From Eledone cirrhosa (taxonomy: Eukaryota), in assembly GCA_964016885.1 (NCBI GenBank), contig OZ024746.1, positions 93,186,001-93,250,000 of the forward strand: a DNA stretch of 64,000 bases, given 5' to 3'. Shown in pieces: positions 51,131-63,911 of the stretch (within the stretch, counting starts at the first letter, position 1; the number at the start of each line of letters is the position of its first letter). The notes under the pieces were generated by a model, which was given only the letters and a program-made list of their open reading frames with translations, searched no databases and had not been told where the DNA came from. The translations under genes were made by a program, and so were the position numbers.

Positions 51131-52184
51131 CACAGGATGACGCAAACATTTAGAGGACATAAGTATATGTCAAATTTTCTCCCCGCCCCTGTCCACACAC
51201 CTCCCATGCCTTAACATATACCTTCCTTTCCGCCTTCACCAGATAAGTACCACACCATAGACCTACCTCTCCAATCCCCCTCATCCATACACATACCACA
51301 CCCTCCCCCCAATCTCCCACCATCCACATCTGATACACCTCTCCTGTCCAACCCATGCATTCAAGCATGAAAGCTGGACACACTCTCTCACAATGCTGCT
51401 GCAATGGCAAAAAGTTCTTACTCCACCCTGTAAGATGATCATGCTGGTGACAAAACAAGAGTCCCTAGCCCACCATGTAAGGTGCTCATGCTGGTGAAAG
51501 AGCACCCAGTCCACCCTGTAAGGTGGTCAAGCTGGTGACAAAACAAATAGCACCCAGTCTATCCTGTAAGATAATTGTGCTGGTGCCATGACAAAAATCA
51601 CCCAGTCAATGCTGTAAGTGAAGTTGGCATTAGGAAGGGCATCCAGCCATAGAAACCAAGCCAGACACAGTCACATGATCTGAATTGTCTCACAACAGGA
51701 CAAAGTGTCTAACCTATGGTAGCGTGGGGGATAGATGTTAAAACGGTGATGATGTTGATTATATATATTTGCCTAAGTGCAAAGCGAAACCTACAGTCAG
51801 TAAGCACCTCTTACCAAAATACACCCATCCCACTACCCCCACCCAATCCACACCACCCCCTTTCGATGTAAAGTTATGTTGGTACCACAACATCCAGTCC
51901 TAAATAAATGAGGTCATGTAGGTGTCACAACAACAAAAAAACACACAGTCCACGCTGTAATGTGGCCGTGTAGGTAACACGGTAAAAACCTCCCAGTCCA
52001 CACTGTAAACGTGGTTGGTATTAAGAAGGGCATCCAGCCGTAGAAAACCCGCCAGACAGTCCTATACGAGCGAGACAACCAATCTTGCCTCAAGTGGGAA
52101 AATTACCGTCCAAACCCATGCTAGCGTGGAAGATGGACGTTAAACGATGATGATGATGATGATGATGATATTTATATATATGCC

Positions 52185-52660
52185 ATCAGGCATCTACCAT
52201 ACTCTGAACGCCTTGCTTCCCTGGGCATGGATACGTTGAAGCTCCGACATCTGACAACTGACTTGGTAAACACCCACAAAATTATTAACCATCTTGCCAA
52301 CAACAACCGTGAACAAATTTTTGAATTCCATGTATCTAACACCCGTGGACATGCCTACAAAGTCAGAAAACAGCACAGCTCCCATGACTTTCGGAAACAT
52401 TTTTTCACGCTCAGAGTCGCTGAAGCATGGAACAAACTACCTGCATCCGTTGTTAGCTGCCGAGACACTGCATCCTTTAAAACTTCCATGCTTCCTGAAA
52501 TTCGCCAACACTACACCTGATATCCCCCTCCTCCATACACATGCACACATGTATTTCATGACTCGTACACGGTTCACTTTCCTGACATTTGTACATTATT
52601 CTATGTACTATACATGCACCTTTGATGAGTTGTAGTGCACCTAAGCACTGTACACAATAA
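52185..52660 (+). mobile_element. CR1/L2-group LINE 3' end (related copies about 53464-53700 and 61200-61690)
   Basis: ORF 52227-52520 TRGHAYK...RKHFFTLRVAEAWNKLPASVV...SFK is a typical CR1 ORF2 C-terminus. 3' UTR ends GAGTTGTAGTGCAC...GTACACAAT. Confidence 0.85.
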
Positions 52661-52780
52661 TTGGGGAATTTTTCTTTGTTATTTTATTACACGCAGAAAT
52701 ACCCATTTGTACCGTCCTGTATTTTCCTGTACTGTCCTTAATGTCTACTTTATGTAAACCCTTGTGGTTAATAAAGAAAA

Positions 52781-52814
<34 letters not shown>

Positions 52815-53010
52815 GGTGAAGCTCATTTTTCTCAGCCGAGGAAGACCCCGAGCAAGACCCCGAGGAACATGGTTGGATAACATCCATGAGCTTGGCTAGT
52901 CTCGCTTGGGGATCCAACCAGATCAGTTGGAGATGGTTGCTTCTGACAGGAGCTGCTGGAAGGAGTGTTTGAGGACTCTGCCCCCACGGCCCTCTCAGGA
53001 AGAAGAAGAG
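52815..53010 (+). mobile_element. RTE-like LINE 3' end (minus-strand copies about 17995-18190 and 19440-19640)
   Basis: GRPRARPRGTWLDNIHELG*SRLGIQPDQLEMVASDRSCW...LPPRP; three copies in the window. Confidence 0.75.
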
Positions 53011-54570
53011 TAAAGAGAAGCAGTATGGAAATGTCTTGTTTAAGGACACAACCTGCTGCCTTGTCCTGGAATTGAACTTATGACCCTATGATTGTGAGTC
53101 CAGCACCCTAATAACTACTCCACGTACATTCACACGCATGCATGTATGTGTATTATCATCATTGTTTTTATGTTTACTTTTACATGCTGCCATTGGTTGT
53201 ATGGGATGGTTTGAGATAGTGTTTTACAGCTAGATGCGCCCTGACACCAACTGTTTTAGTTTCCTCTTATCACATGTTGTGATATGATGTATGTATGTAT
53301 GGTCCCGTAACTCCTGAGAGAGTTGTAGGTGCGCTGTATTGACATACGTCTTTTCTTGGGCATTTTAAGCCTGGCGGAGCCCATCCTTCTTCAGGCCTGA
53401 GTACTGCAGATTTCTTCCAGAGAAAGAGAGGGGGAGGGGGGATGGAATGAGAAAGAGGTATAGAACAAACTACCTGCATCAGTTGTTAGCAGCTGAGACA
53501 CTGCATCCTTTAAACCTTCTATGCTTCGCGAAATTCGCCAGCACTACACCTGATATTCCCCTCCACACACACACACACATGTATATGTGTGTATATCATG
53601 ACTCTTACACTGTTCACTTTCATGACATTTGTACATTATTCTATATACTATACATGCACCTTTGATGAGTTGTAGTGCACCTGAACACCGTACACAATTC
53701 TATTTTTCTTAGTTAGCAACTTTGGATGTTGCAGGAACTGCATCTGAATGGAATAAGATTTTAAAATACCAGAAATTAGCAGTAAACTATTCTTTCAGCC
53801 TGTGAAGTTCAAGACATTTGTGGGAGGGGGCATTACATTGACGTTCTTGTCATTGTCGGTAACTCACCTTATCAGGTGGTACCCAACACTGATTCCATAA
53901 ATTGTAGCAAGAGTTAAAAACAACAACAAACTATTAGAAGTGTGTATTATACACGAATTAATACTGAAAAGTAGTTAAACAACTATAAAAACCTATTGTA
54001 ATTCATGCTAATATCTTCGAGGACGAAGTGTCTTCGGCACCGGGAAATACAGTATATATTTTATCCCCAACCAAACTAACAAAAACAAAAAATCGAATTG
54101 CAAGCTTGTTATTTATTTACTTCTGTAGCCATAGAAAGCATGTAAATGAGTACAAACTGTCCATAACTTCGATCAGTCTATTATTGACATATTGATTTCT
54201 ATAAAGTAGGGCAACATTGTAAATTATAACCGTTTACTTATTATCTAGCTTGAAATTGTCCGTTCAAAAACACTTGAAGTCTGACTGATATAGATATTTC
54301 GATGTCATTTAAGATATTTTAAACAATATTACAAATAACATCATTAGATCTACTTCTGTGCATGTCAAAAAGAAATAAAATAGATTTCAATATTTTGAAT
54401 TTATATTTAAAGCGATGTTAGGGAAACTTATATTTAAAAATGGTGTTCCGTCATGATTAAATTTTCAAGGGAAATAATTTATTCATTTGGAGTGACCTCC
54501 CTTGAGTAATTATTGTCGCTGTTGTCTGTCGACCTAAATTTATGTGTATTTCTATACCAGGTGTTTACCG

Positions 54571-54584
54571 GTTGCTATGACTGC
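54571..54584 (+). promoter_or_regulatory. RFX X-box-like motif upstream of gene 2 ATG
   Basis: GTTGCTATGACTGC versus consensus GTTGCYATGGYAAC: perfect left half, degenerate right half. Confidence 0.35.
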
Positions 54585-54692
54585 CACAGTTTGTCTTTAA
54601 GAAAACACAACCCACACAATACAACACAACAGATACACCAGCTTCATCGACACCAGTATTACATTCCAAATTATTAAGCTATCATCATTTGA

Positions 54693-54917
54693 ATGATGGC
54701 AAGTTATCTGAAAGATTCTGTAGACCAAGAGAGGTTGCCGTCATTGTCGAACGCATGGAGCAGCCATGCTGGAGCAACACATGCTCGGAAAATTGCTACA
54801 AGACCAGGAGAGGACATGCCACTCTTTCGAAGCAGTTCCACAAATATATTGTCTAAAGTAGACAACCATACTTTCAGGCCTTCCTCTCCAACACAAACAA
54901 GACGAAATATACTTGAT
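54693..54917 (+). CDS. Gene 2, first coding exon (unidentified, coiled-coil-like protein)
   Basis: ATG directly preceded by an in-frame TGA; 75 non-repetitive codons MMASYLKDSVDQERLP...TRRNILD; GTAAGT donor, phase 0. Confidence 0.75.
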
Positions 54918-56888
54918 GTAAGTCTTACTGTTACATTTTCAAGCTGTAATTTCTTTCTTAGGAATCTTTCGTTGAAGTGCTCTGAATATAATGTGTGTGT
55001 GTGTGTGTGTGTAACTTTCAAACTTTAAATGTAGTCCCTATACAGAAATTACCAGAATAATTTTTGACTAATATAGATAATAGTTGAGAAAATCAGGTAA
55101 AGTACGCCTGGAGATTAAAAAAAAGGGATGAGGGGGTTTTTCCCTCTTATATATGTTCCCCATACTCTGTGTATGGTATTATTAAGATTTTGTCATTAGC
55201 AAATATGATTAATATCAACTATAGATGATAGCAAATATAAACATTTTACTAGAAAGGACACATAGAACTACATTCTATCAAGAACAGGTCGTAGACATTT
55301 ACCTCTATGTCCCTGTGAATCTCAGAAACTATTTAGCACTATTTGTGAAAGAGACTATGTTGAAACCAATCTTTAAAAAGCTACTATGATTGGAAGTTCA
55401 GTATATGATTAAAGGTCTACCAAATATAATCAAAATCTTGGAGTACATGGCAGCTATGAAAAAAACCTTGTAACTGTTTACGGCTTCCCTTGTTTCCTAT
55501 TTTCTTTTTCGTTTTCGTTTTCTTATGCGTAATCTGTCTCCCATTGGCCTTCAGTATTCAAAATTTTAATTTTATCTTTTATCTTTTTTTTCCATTTTTT
55601 TATTTTTTTTTTATCACTTGTCTCACTAGCTCTTTTTGATTACCAACTGTAAGAAGTACTCAATACTTCCCCTTGTCTGTCATGGCTTACCAGTTCTATA
55701 CGGGTGTTTAAATTGATTAAATAAATAAATACAAATGATGTCATATCTTTATATTGTAAATATATTTTATTCATACGGTCGACTGTAGTAGATTTCAATC
55801 ACAAAATATAATGATATATTTCATCAATAGATGTATAATTCCAGACAAGAAATGTTGCATACATAAATAGAAACATGTGTTGGTGTGCTTCAAAAATTAT
55901 TAGAAGGAAACTCTAATCTTCTTCCACTTTCTCCTCTTAAATAGTGTTTATTTGGATATATATTTAATAATTGTGAAGGTGCATAGCTTAGTGGTTTGAG
56001 TGTTGGGTTTACAGTTTTGAGGTTGTAAGTTCGATTCCAGGACTGGCCAGTGTATTGTGTCCTTGAACAAGACACTTTATTTCATGTTACTCCAGTTTAC
56101 TCAGCTATACAAATGAGTTGCAATGTCATTGGTGCCAAGCTTTACCTTTACCTTTCCTTTGGATAACATCAGTGGTGTGGAGACTGGTATACCTGTGTGA
56201 CTGCTGGTCTTCCACAAACAATCTTACCTCTACTTGTGCCTCGAAGGGGAACTTTCTAGGTGCAAATCCCATAATCATTTGTGACTGAAGGTCCTTTTGA
56301 CTTACTAATGGAAACAGCAGACCCTATTGCTCCTGAGAGAGAGAGATGAAATATCTAGAATAACTTTGTGATGAGAGAAATTCAATTCATTTAAAAACAT
56401 AGAGTTGAAAAACAATAATTTAGTATATAAACTGACATGCCACTAGATTGCACAAAATACACCAATAAACATTGTTCATTGGTGGATAATGTTAAACTCT
56501 GTTTATTTTATTAGCTACTTTCTGTTGTTTGTCATGTTAAGAAACTACTTAAAAGCTTTCATGCCATATATGATTATGTTTAAACTTGTCCAAGACTTCT
56601 TATCATGACAATTTTTTGCAAGTAAAGACAGGACAATTGACCAGTTGGAGAATATAAAAACAAGCCTGGTAAATGAATAAATGGTTTGACACAACAAAAA
56701 GCATTCAGTCAGTCCATATTGTAAGGTGGCTGACATAAACAAGGGCATCCAACTGTAAAAAAAGCCATGCCAAAACATGGATCATATGAGCAAGATGTGG
56801 TCACCTGACCTGTATAGCCTCATAACATTCCAACCTGTCAAACCTATGCCAGCATGGAAAATAAGGTTCACATTCGCACTCATGTACC

Positions 56889-56957
<69 letters not shown>

Positions 56958-57666
56958 ATGAATACTCACATGTTTGAGGGGTTCATTTATTCTAAGTATA
57001 TATCTACACAAAAGGGTTTTTATGAATGACTGTTAATTGTCACACTCTGGCCAAAAAATTGTTGGTATCAATGAGTTATTGACACTTGTCAAATCAATTA
57101 GTAGTGAGGGTGGTGGAATTTGCAACAAGAGCAGCGATCATCATCATCATCATCATCATTTCATTTTACGTCCACTTTTTCCCTGCTTGCAAGAGTGGTA
57201 CGGGAACTGATTCTGGCTTGATTTCTACAGCTGGATGCCCTTCCTAACACCAACCTCATTTACAGTGAGTGTTGGGTGCTTTTTTGCCGTGGCACCTCCA
57301 CGACCACTTTGCAGTGGAACGATATGGACCCCAATCCCTATCATCTCATTTCTACAGCTGAGTAAACTGGAGCAATGTGAAATAAAGTGTCTTGCTCAAG
57401 GAAACAACACATCACCCGGTCTGAGAATTGAACTCACAACCTTTCGATTGCAAGGCCAATGCTCTAACCACTAAGCCATGTGCCTCCATATATATATAAT
57501 TGGTGTTGGATGCTTAAAGAGTCTGTATGCGGTAGGCCGTATGAGCACTCGATGCCCTCGTAGAGCAGAGTATATCACAGGAAAAGAGAATCAGTGTTGT
57601 GACGAAATGAATTTATTGGACATATTACAATTGTTTCCTATAGGAAAATCTGCTTTGTAGAATCAA

Positions 57667-57761
57667 GACGTATCTGAGGACCGCGCGATTTCAGAGTCAG
57701 GTTCGATCACCACATCGATCGTGCCTCGAGCTGGTCGCCCAAGAAACAATTGTAATATGTC
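57667..57761 (+). ncRNA. Type I hammerhead motif with extended stem II
   Basis: GACGTAT-CTGAGGA-[62-nt GC-rich hairpin]-GAAAC-aatt-GTA-ATATGTC. 7-bp stem I, palindromic stem III, base of stem II mismatched. Confidence 0.62.
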
Positions 57762-58055
57762 CAATAAATTCCTTTTGTCACAGCACTGATTCTCTTTTTT
57801 CTGTGATATATATATATATATATATATATGGAGTCGGGACCCTGATGGCTGAGCTCTTGCCATTTCAACAGCTAGTTCTGAACTCATATTACCACACTCT
57901 ACTGCCCTAAGTATCCAAGTATCGAGTACTCAGGTGGACAAGGTGATGCATTGTGTCCTTGAGCAAGACAATTTTATTTCATGTTGCTCCTTCTGCCAGG
58001 AGTTGTGACTAATAGATAGCATCAGCAATAATTTCATTATTATGAAATTGTAAAC

Positions 58056-58193
58056 ATCATTATTTAATATAGAAATGGCTTCTACAGGACTAGAACTGTT
58101 TCATTCATATGAAATTGTCAGACATTCCTGATGATTTCATATGAATGAAACAGTTCTAGTCCTGTAGAACCCATTTCTGTATTATATAATGAT
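58056..58193. mobile_element. Palindromic element with back-to-back hammerhead-like cores
   Basis: About 65-bp arms with a 6-nt spacer. Plus arm CTGATGA-TTTCATATGAAT-GAAAC-AGTTCTA-GTC; minus arm has CTGACAA. Abuts (TA)n. Confidence 0.55.
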
Positions 58194-58252
58194 AAATATA
58201 TATATATATATATATCTGGCTGGGCTTTACGTAAACTAAACGTATTATTTAT

Positions 58253-58337
<85 letters not shown>

Positions 58338-58484
58338 CAAATTTGAATGATTGACCATAAAAATCATACAATGCACTAGAAAATCAATTTTCATTTTCTA
58401 GTGCATTGTATGGTTTTCGGAATTATTTAAATTTGTGTTTCTTATTCAACAATGTTTCAAGTAAACTACAACACTCTGTTATAT

Positions 58485-58517
<33 letters not shown>

Positions 58518-58639
58518 CTGATATATAGTATATATATATATATACACATAAAATCACAACTGCCTTATATGCTAGTGAAACCTGGAAAATGACTGCCAAA
58601 ATTCAGTCAAGAGATATCCACACTGCTATCCTTCTCTTC

Positions 58640-59240
58640 CCCACTCTTGTCTGACCCCCACCTGGAATACTGTTGTCCACTGTGGTCTACACACTGAAAA
58701 CAAAGTATCATGAAAGTATGAGCAAAGTACCATTGAAGCACCTCAAAGGTCAATTACAAAAAAGATAGATGGCATGACAAGCCTTCACTATTGGAGTCGA
58801 ATAGAAAAGCTTAACCTTTATTCTCTCCAACGTCGCCGTTAGTGCTACATCATCTGCATGATGTAGAAAATATTCCATCAGCATTGCCCAAATGATGTTG
58901 GCATCACCTTTAAGGTACACCCGAGGCTTGGGCCCCATACTATCCACCCACAACAAAAATATCACTCGCATCTCATAACAACAATATGACACAATTATTT
59001 CACCTCAATTGGCCCCGCTCTCTTTAACATTACATCAAAACACATTAAAATGGAATCAGACCCCATAAAGTTTAAGAAGTCTTTGAACAAATTCCTTCAA
59101 GAAATCCAGGATATGTCTCCGTAAACAATAACTTCCTATTGAGTGGGCCATGGTGTCAAATTCTGATTTGAAAGATTTCGCCAGGTGGTGCTATTAAGTT
59201 AGACATGGCCTGGGCCAATACTGGCTGAGACCTATCAAAG
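58640..59240 (+). mobile_element. Degraded CR1-group LINE 3' portion
   Basis: PHLEYCCPLWS and YWSRIEKLNLYSLQRRR motifs. Confidence 0.7.
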
Positions 59241-60664
59241 TTATATATATATATATATATATAAAATAAACAAACCCATGCACACATATGCAAACAAGGA
59301 TAGTAATTGGATTGTATCATTACTAATTGGATTATTACTAATTAGATAACATCATATATATACAAGTAACATGTTGGTAGGTTGTAGCATGTCAAAGATT
59401 TGCTGAATCAGTACTGACTGTGATGGTATTAGTTAATAACATTAAAAGAATGTTAATCCTATGATAATATATTGAACCTGTTGTCAGTTCTAAATTTTGT
59501 AGAATTATGTGAACGAAAAACATATGTCTGTTGAATAAGATATTATACTACGGTGTCTAAGTTTGTCTTAAGCCAGAAGGCTTGTTAGGCTGGTGCTTAT
59601 CCTGGTTTCATGGCATGAAGCACCTGAAAGTACAAGGCTTCCCCTTGGACAGGACACCAGTCCATTGCAGGATTAAACCCCCAGCTATTGCTGGTACTCA
59701 TTTTCAGCTGACTATACTGGAGCAATGTGAAATGAAGTGTTTTTCTCAACAACACAACATGCAACCCAGCCCAGGAATCAAACCCACGGCATTATAATTG
59801 TAAGTTCAACACCCTTACCACTAGGCCATGCACCTCCACTTATGACATCTAATATTTGTATAATGTCATCTTAGGGGCTAAACCTGGCTGTCTAAACCTG
59901 ACAGAGTTCATACCTCTCAGGCTGGAAGACAGCTGATTTCTGTGTGTGTGAGAGAGAGAGAAGTTAGAAAGATATACGGAAGAAGAATCGACCCTAGTAC
60001 TTGATTGGTACTTTGTTTATCAGCCCCAAAAGGATTGAAGGCAAAGTTGATCTCAGTGGTATTTGAACTCTGAGAGTAGAAAGCTACCAGAGTGATTACT
60101 GATTACTGATTAATGATTACTAAAGCCTTTTGTCTGCTATTCTAATGACTCTGCCAATTTGGTGCTAAGTCCATCTAATTAAACTGGAGTAAATAAAATC
60201 ACATGGACACAGTGAAACATCTGGGATGTAAAGGGACGACACATGAGTTAATAATTCTATATCTTATCCATTTCAGTAGTTAACCTCCACTTAACCCTTT
60301 CATAACCATATTTCTAATGAAATACACTCTATTTCAATTAATTAATGAAGAATTTCAAGGTATTTACTAAAATTATTAATTATTTCATTACTAAGATAGT
60401 AACTTAATGTAAAGTTCTTATATAAAATTATGTTGGAAAATTTTAATATAAATTGGAAACCTTTAAAATGGGTGGCTTTATTTCATAGAACCAGAGCTGC
60501 TTTTGCCCAGGTTGGTAATTAAAGGGTTAAACATGGCTTATAAAATTAACAATATTTAAGCAAAAAGCCATTGTCAGTACAAATTAAGTTAATTATGTAT
60601 TTCAGTGACTGTTTTGTTGTTATTTCAAAATTGTATCACTTTTTCTAAAATTGCATATTTCTAG

Positions 60665-60735
60665 TTACAAGACCAATTGAAATCCTTCAGAGATGAAATG
60701 GTTAAGAAAGACAATCTCATTCAACAATTAACCAG
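60665..60735 (+). CDS. Gene 2, second coding exon
   Basis: tttctAG and AG|GTAAAT. LQDQLKSFRDEMVKKDNLIQQLT(S) has a heptad-like pattern continuing from NILD. Phase 0 to 2. Confidence 0.8.
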
Positions 60736-63700
60736 GTAAATACAATAGAACCATATAACTGAGGGCTACCATGAAGTCACTTGGCTTAGTGGTTAGAGTC
60801 TTGGGCCTACAATCGAAAGGTTGTGAGTTCCATTCTTGGACTGGGCTTTGCATTGTGTTCTTGAGCACTTTAATTCACATTGCTCCAGTTCACTCAGCAG
60901 TAGAAATGAGCTGCGATGTCACTGGTGCTAAGCTGTATCAGCATTTTCCTGTTCTTTGGACATCGGTGGCATGGAGAGGGGAGACTGGTATGTATGGACG
61001 ACTGTTGGTCTTCCACATACAATCTTGTACCAGACTTGTGTCTTGGAGGGGAACTTTCTAGGTGTATATCCCATGGTCATTCATGACCAAAGAGGATCTT
61101 CACCCTTACCATGTTTTTAAAAAAATAATAGAAAGGGACAAGCTGAGCGGTATATAAACTGCCATCAGTTTCAATGATGAGTGTTTTAGTTGTTCAGTCA
61201 GCAACACCTGTGGACATGCTTACAAAATCAGAAAACAGTACAGTTCCCATGACTTTCGGAAACATTTTTTCGTGCTCAGTGTTGCTGAAGCATGGAACAA
61301 ACTTCCTGTATCAGTTTTTAGCTGTCAGGCCACTGCATCCTTCAAAACTTCCATGATTCCTGAAATTCGCCAACTTCGCCAACACTATACCTGATGTTCC
61401 CCCTTGATACACATGCATGCATGTGAATGTGTGTGTGAGTATCATGATTCATACACTGTTCACTTTCCTGACATTTGTACATGTCAAGGGTAGCTTTGCC
61501 TTTCACCCTTATGGGGATCGATGAAATAAAACACCAGTAACTCACTGGAGTCGATTTAATCGAATTTCCCCTCCCCCAAAATTGCTGGCCTTGTGTCTAA
61601 AGTAGAAACAATTATTCTATGTGCTATACATGCACCTTTGATGAGTTGTAGTGCACATGAGCACTGTACACAATCATTTTCATTATTATTATAGTTGACT
61701 TTGCCTTTCATTCTTAAGGGGTCGATAAAATAAAGTACCAGTAATGTACTGGGTAATTGCTGGCCTTGTGCCTAAAGTAGAAACAATTATTATAGTAGAA
61801 ACAATTATTATTATTATTATTAAAACTGCTTACTCATGAAATTAACTTGAAAGTGGCTGACCTTTCTACAGACACCTGTCCCCTTAATATAATTCTCAGG
61901 GAGATTCAGTGTGACACGGCTGGACCATCAAATTTCAGGTACAGTCCATCTTACTGGCTTCTAAACAGTTTCTATCTAACTAGTTTCAGTCACAAGCTAT
62001 TGGTTGACCCAACACTATGGTAAATGACATTTGTCCAAGATACCATACAGTGGGGTTGAACTCGGGACCTAATGATTGTAAAGCAAACTTCCTAACCCTT
62101 CAGCAATGCTGTGTCCACTGCCAGTTGAGTATGATATTCTTGATGTGTGATGTTAAATTTGAAGGGAAGTCCAACATGAGTGTTTAGCATACATGAAAGC
62201 TTGAAAGTCAATGAATGCATGAGTGACCACTGCACTTGTTTAGACATGTAGTGTACAGGGATGATACTGGGTCAAAACATGTGAGATGTTAGTGGAAGTT
62301 ACACACAGTAGAACTGATGTCATAAATCATTCAACCATGAATTGGAAATAGGTTAAGGTAAGAAAGTTATTTATTGATTCTACTTTTTAAACTTAAATAA
62401 ATTACAAAATCAACTAATATCTGATTAGAAAATCATTAATTTGGCATGGTTTTGTGGTCTACAATATAATTTATAATTCATTAACCATTGTGTGACTGTA
62501 TGCCTAATGAAATACACTATATTTTGGTTAATTAATGAAGAATTTTGAGGGATGATCTAAATTATTAATTATTTCATTACTGAGATAGTAACTTAACATT
62601 ATATAAAATTATGCTGGAAGATTTAAATTTAAATAGGAACCCTTTAAAATGGATGGTTTTGTTTTATAGGACCAGTGATAGTTTTGGCCAGGCTGCTATT
62701 GAAAGGGTTAATTTTTTAACTCTTTTTCTTTAACCTCTAAAATAGGCTTCAGTTTCAGATAGCTGTGCCGTTATATCATTTAATTTCAAATCATTGCCTC
62801 ATGGTTATTGAAGATCAGCATTCAGCACAATGACTGTAAAGTTACAGGCCACCTAGTCATAGCTGTAGTGAATAATTTTATTGGACTTTCACTAATTTCT
62901 ATTTCTCTGACAACTTCCCATTCCTACATCACAGATAAGCAATGAAATGGAATGAACTTCCCTCGGTTTCGATAATGAGTATTCCAGTGGTTGGATCAAC
63001 AGAAAAGTTTGCTCCTGAATTAACACAGAAGTAACTGAGCATTCAACAGACACATGTACTTTTAATATATTTCTCAGGGAGATTCAGCATGACAAAGCTG
63101 GCCCTTTGAATTACAGGCACAATCCATCTGATGGGGTTCAAAACAATTTCTCTCTATCCAATTTCACTCACTAGACCCGAGGCTATAGTAAATGACATTT
63201 GCCCTAGATATTACTCAATGAGATCAAACCCAGGACTATGTGATTGTAAAGCAAAATGTTTAACAAGTCAGCAATGCTGTATCCACACGTTAGGCAGTAG
63301 AAGTAAAGAAATCTAACAGTAAAAATAATTGCTCAAGAGAACAAATCCCATTTCCGAATCTCTAACAAAAAAAAATGAAAGTAAAATAAATTAACTCTTT
63401 AGCATTTAAACTGGCCATATCCAGCCAGAATTCTCTCATCTCTTTCTGTCCAAACCAGCTGTAATCAGCCACTGGCAGTATCAGCATAGTTACGTCCCTT
63501 TATGGTCTGAGTCAAATCCCGTCGAGGTTAACTTTGCCTTTCATCCTTACGGGGTCGATAAAATAAAGTACCAGTAATGTACTGGTATAATTGCTGGCCT
63601 TGTGCCAAAAGTAGAAACAATTATTTGTTAAGATGTTAAGATATTGTTAAGATATTGTTCTGAAAATAAATAATATCAAAATCTCGTAGATTCGATATTA

Positions 63701-63853
63701 TGTAAGATAAAGTCTTTACCATGAAAATATAATAGTAAATATAGAGTAATGTGAATGCTAAAGTGTTAAAGTAAAATAATAAAATAAGTTAAAATATAAC
63801 ATTTTATGAAGTAATATCTAAATAATGTTGCTGCTTTTTTTACTTTCTTCTAG

Positions 63854-63911
63854 TATTGAAGATGCTACTCATACATCAAAATCTCCAAATAAATATTATG
63901 ACAACTACATT
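63854..63911 (+). CDS. Gene 2, third coding exon (gene continues beyond window)
   Basis: ttcttctAG/GTAAGT, phase 2 to 0 matches exon 2. IEDATHTSKSPNKYYDNYI. Confidence 0.72.

Noticed and set aside
52227-52520. 97-aa ORF as a host gene
   Set aside because: C-terminus of a CR1-group LINE ORF2, with degraded copies elsewhere in the window.
54704-55021. 105-aa antisense ORF over gene 2 exon 1
   Set aside because: Shadow frame starting near a (CA)n repeat; the + strand has the splice-consistent structure.
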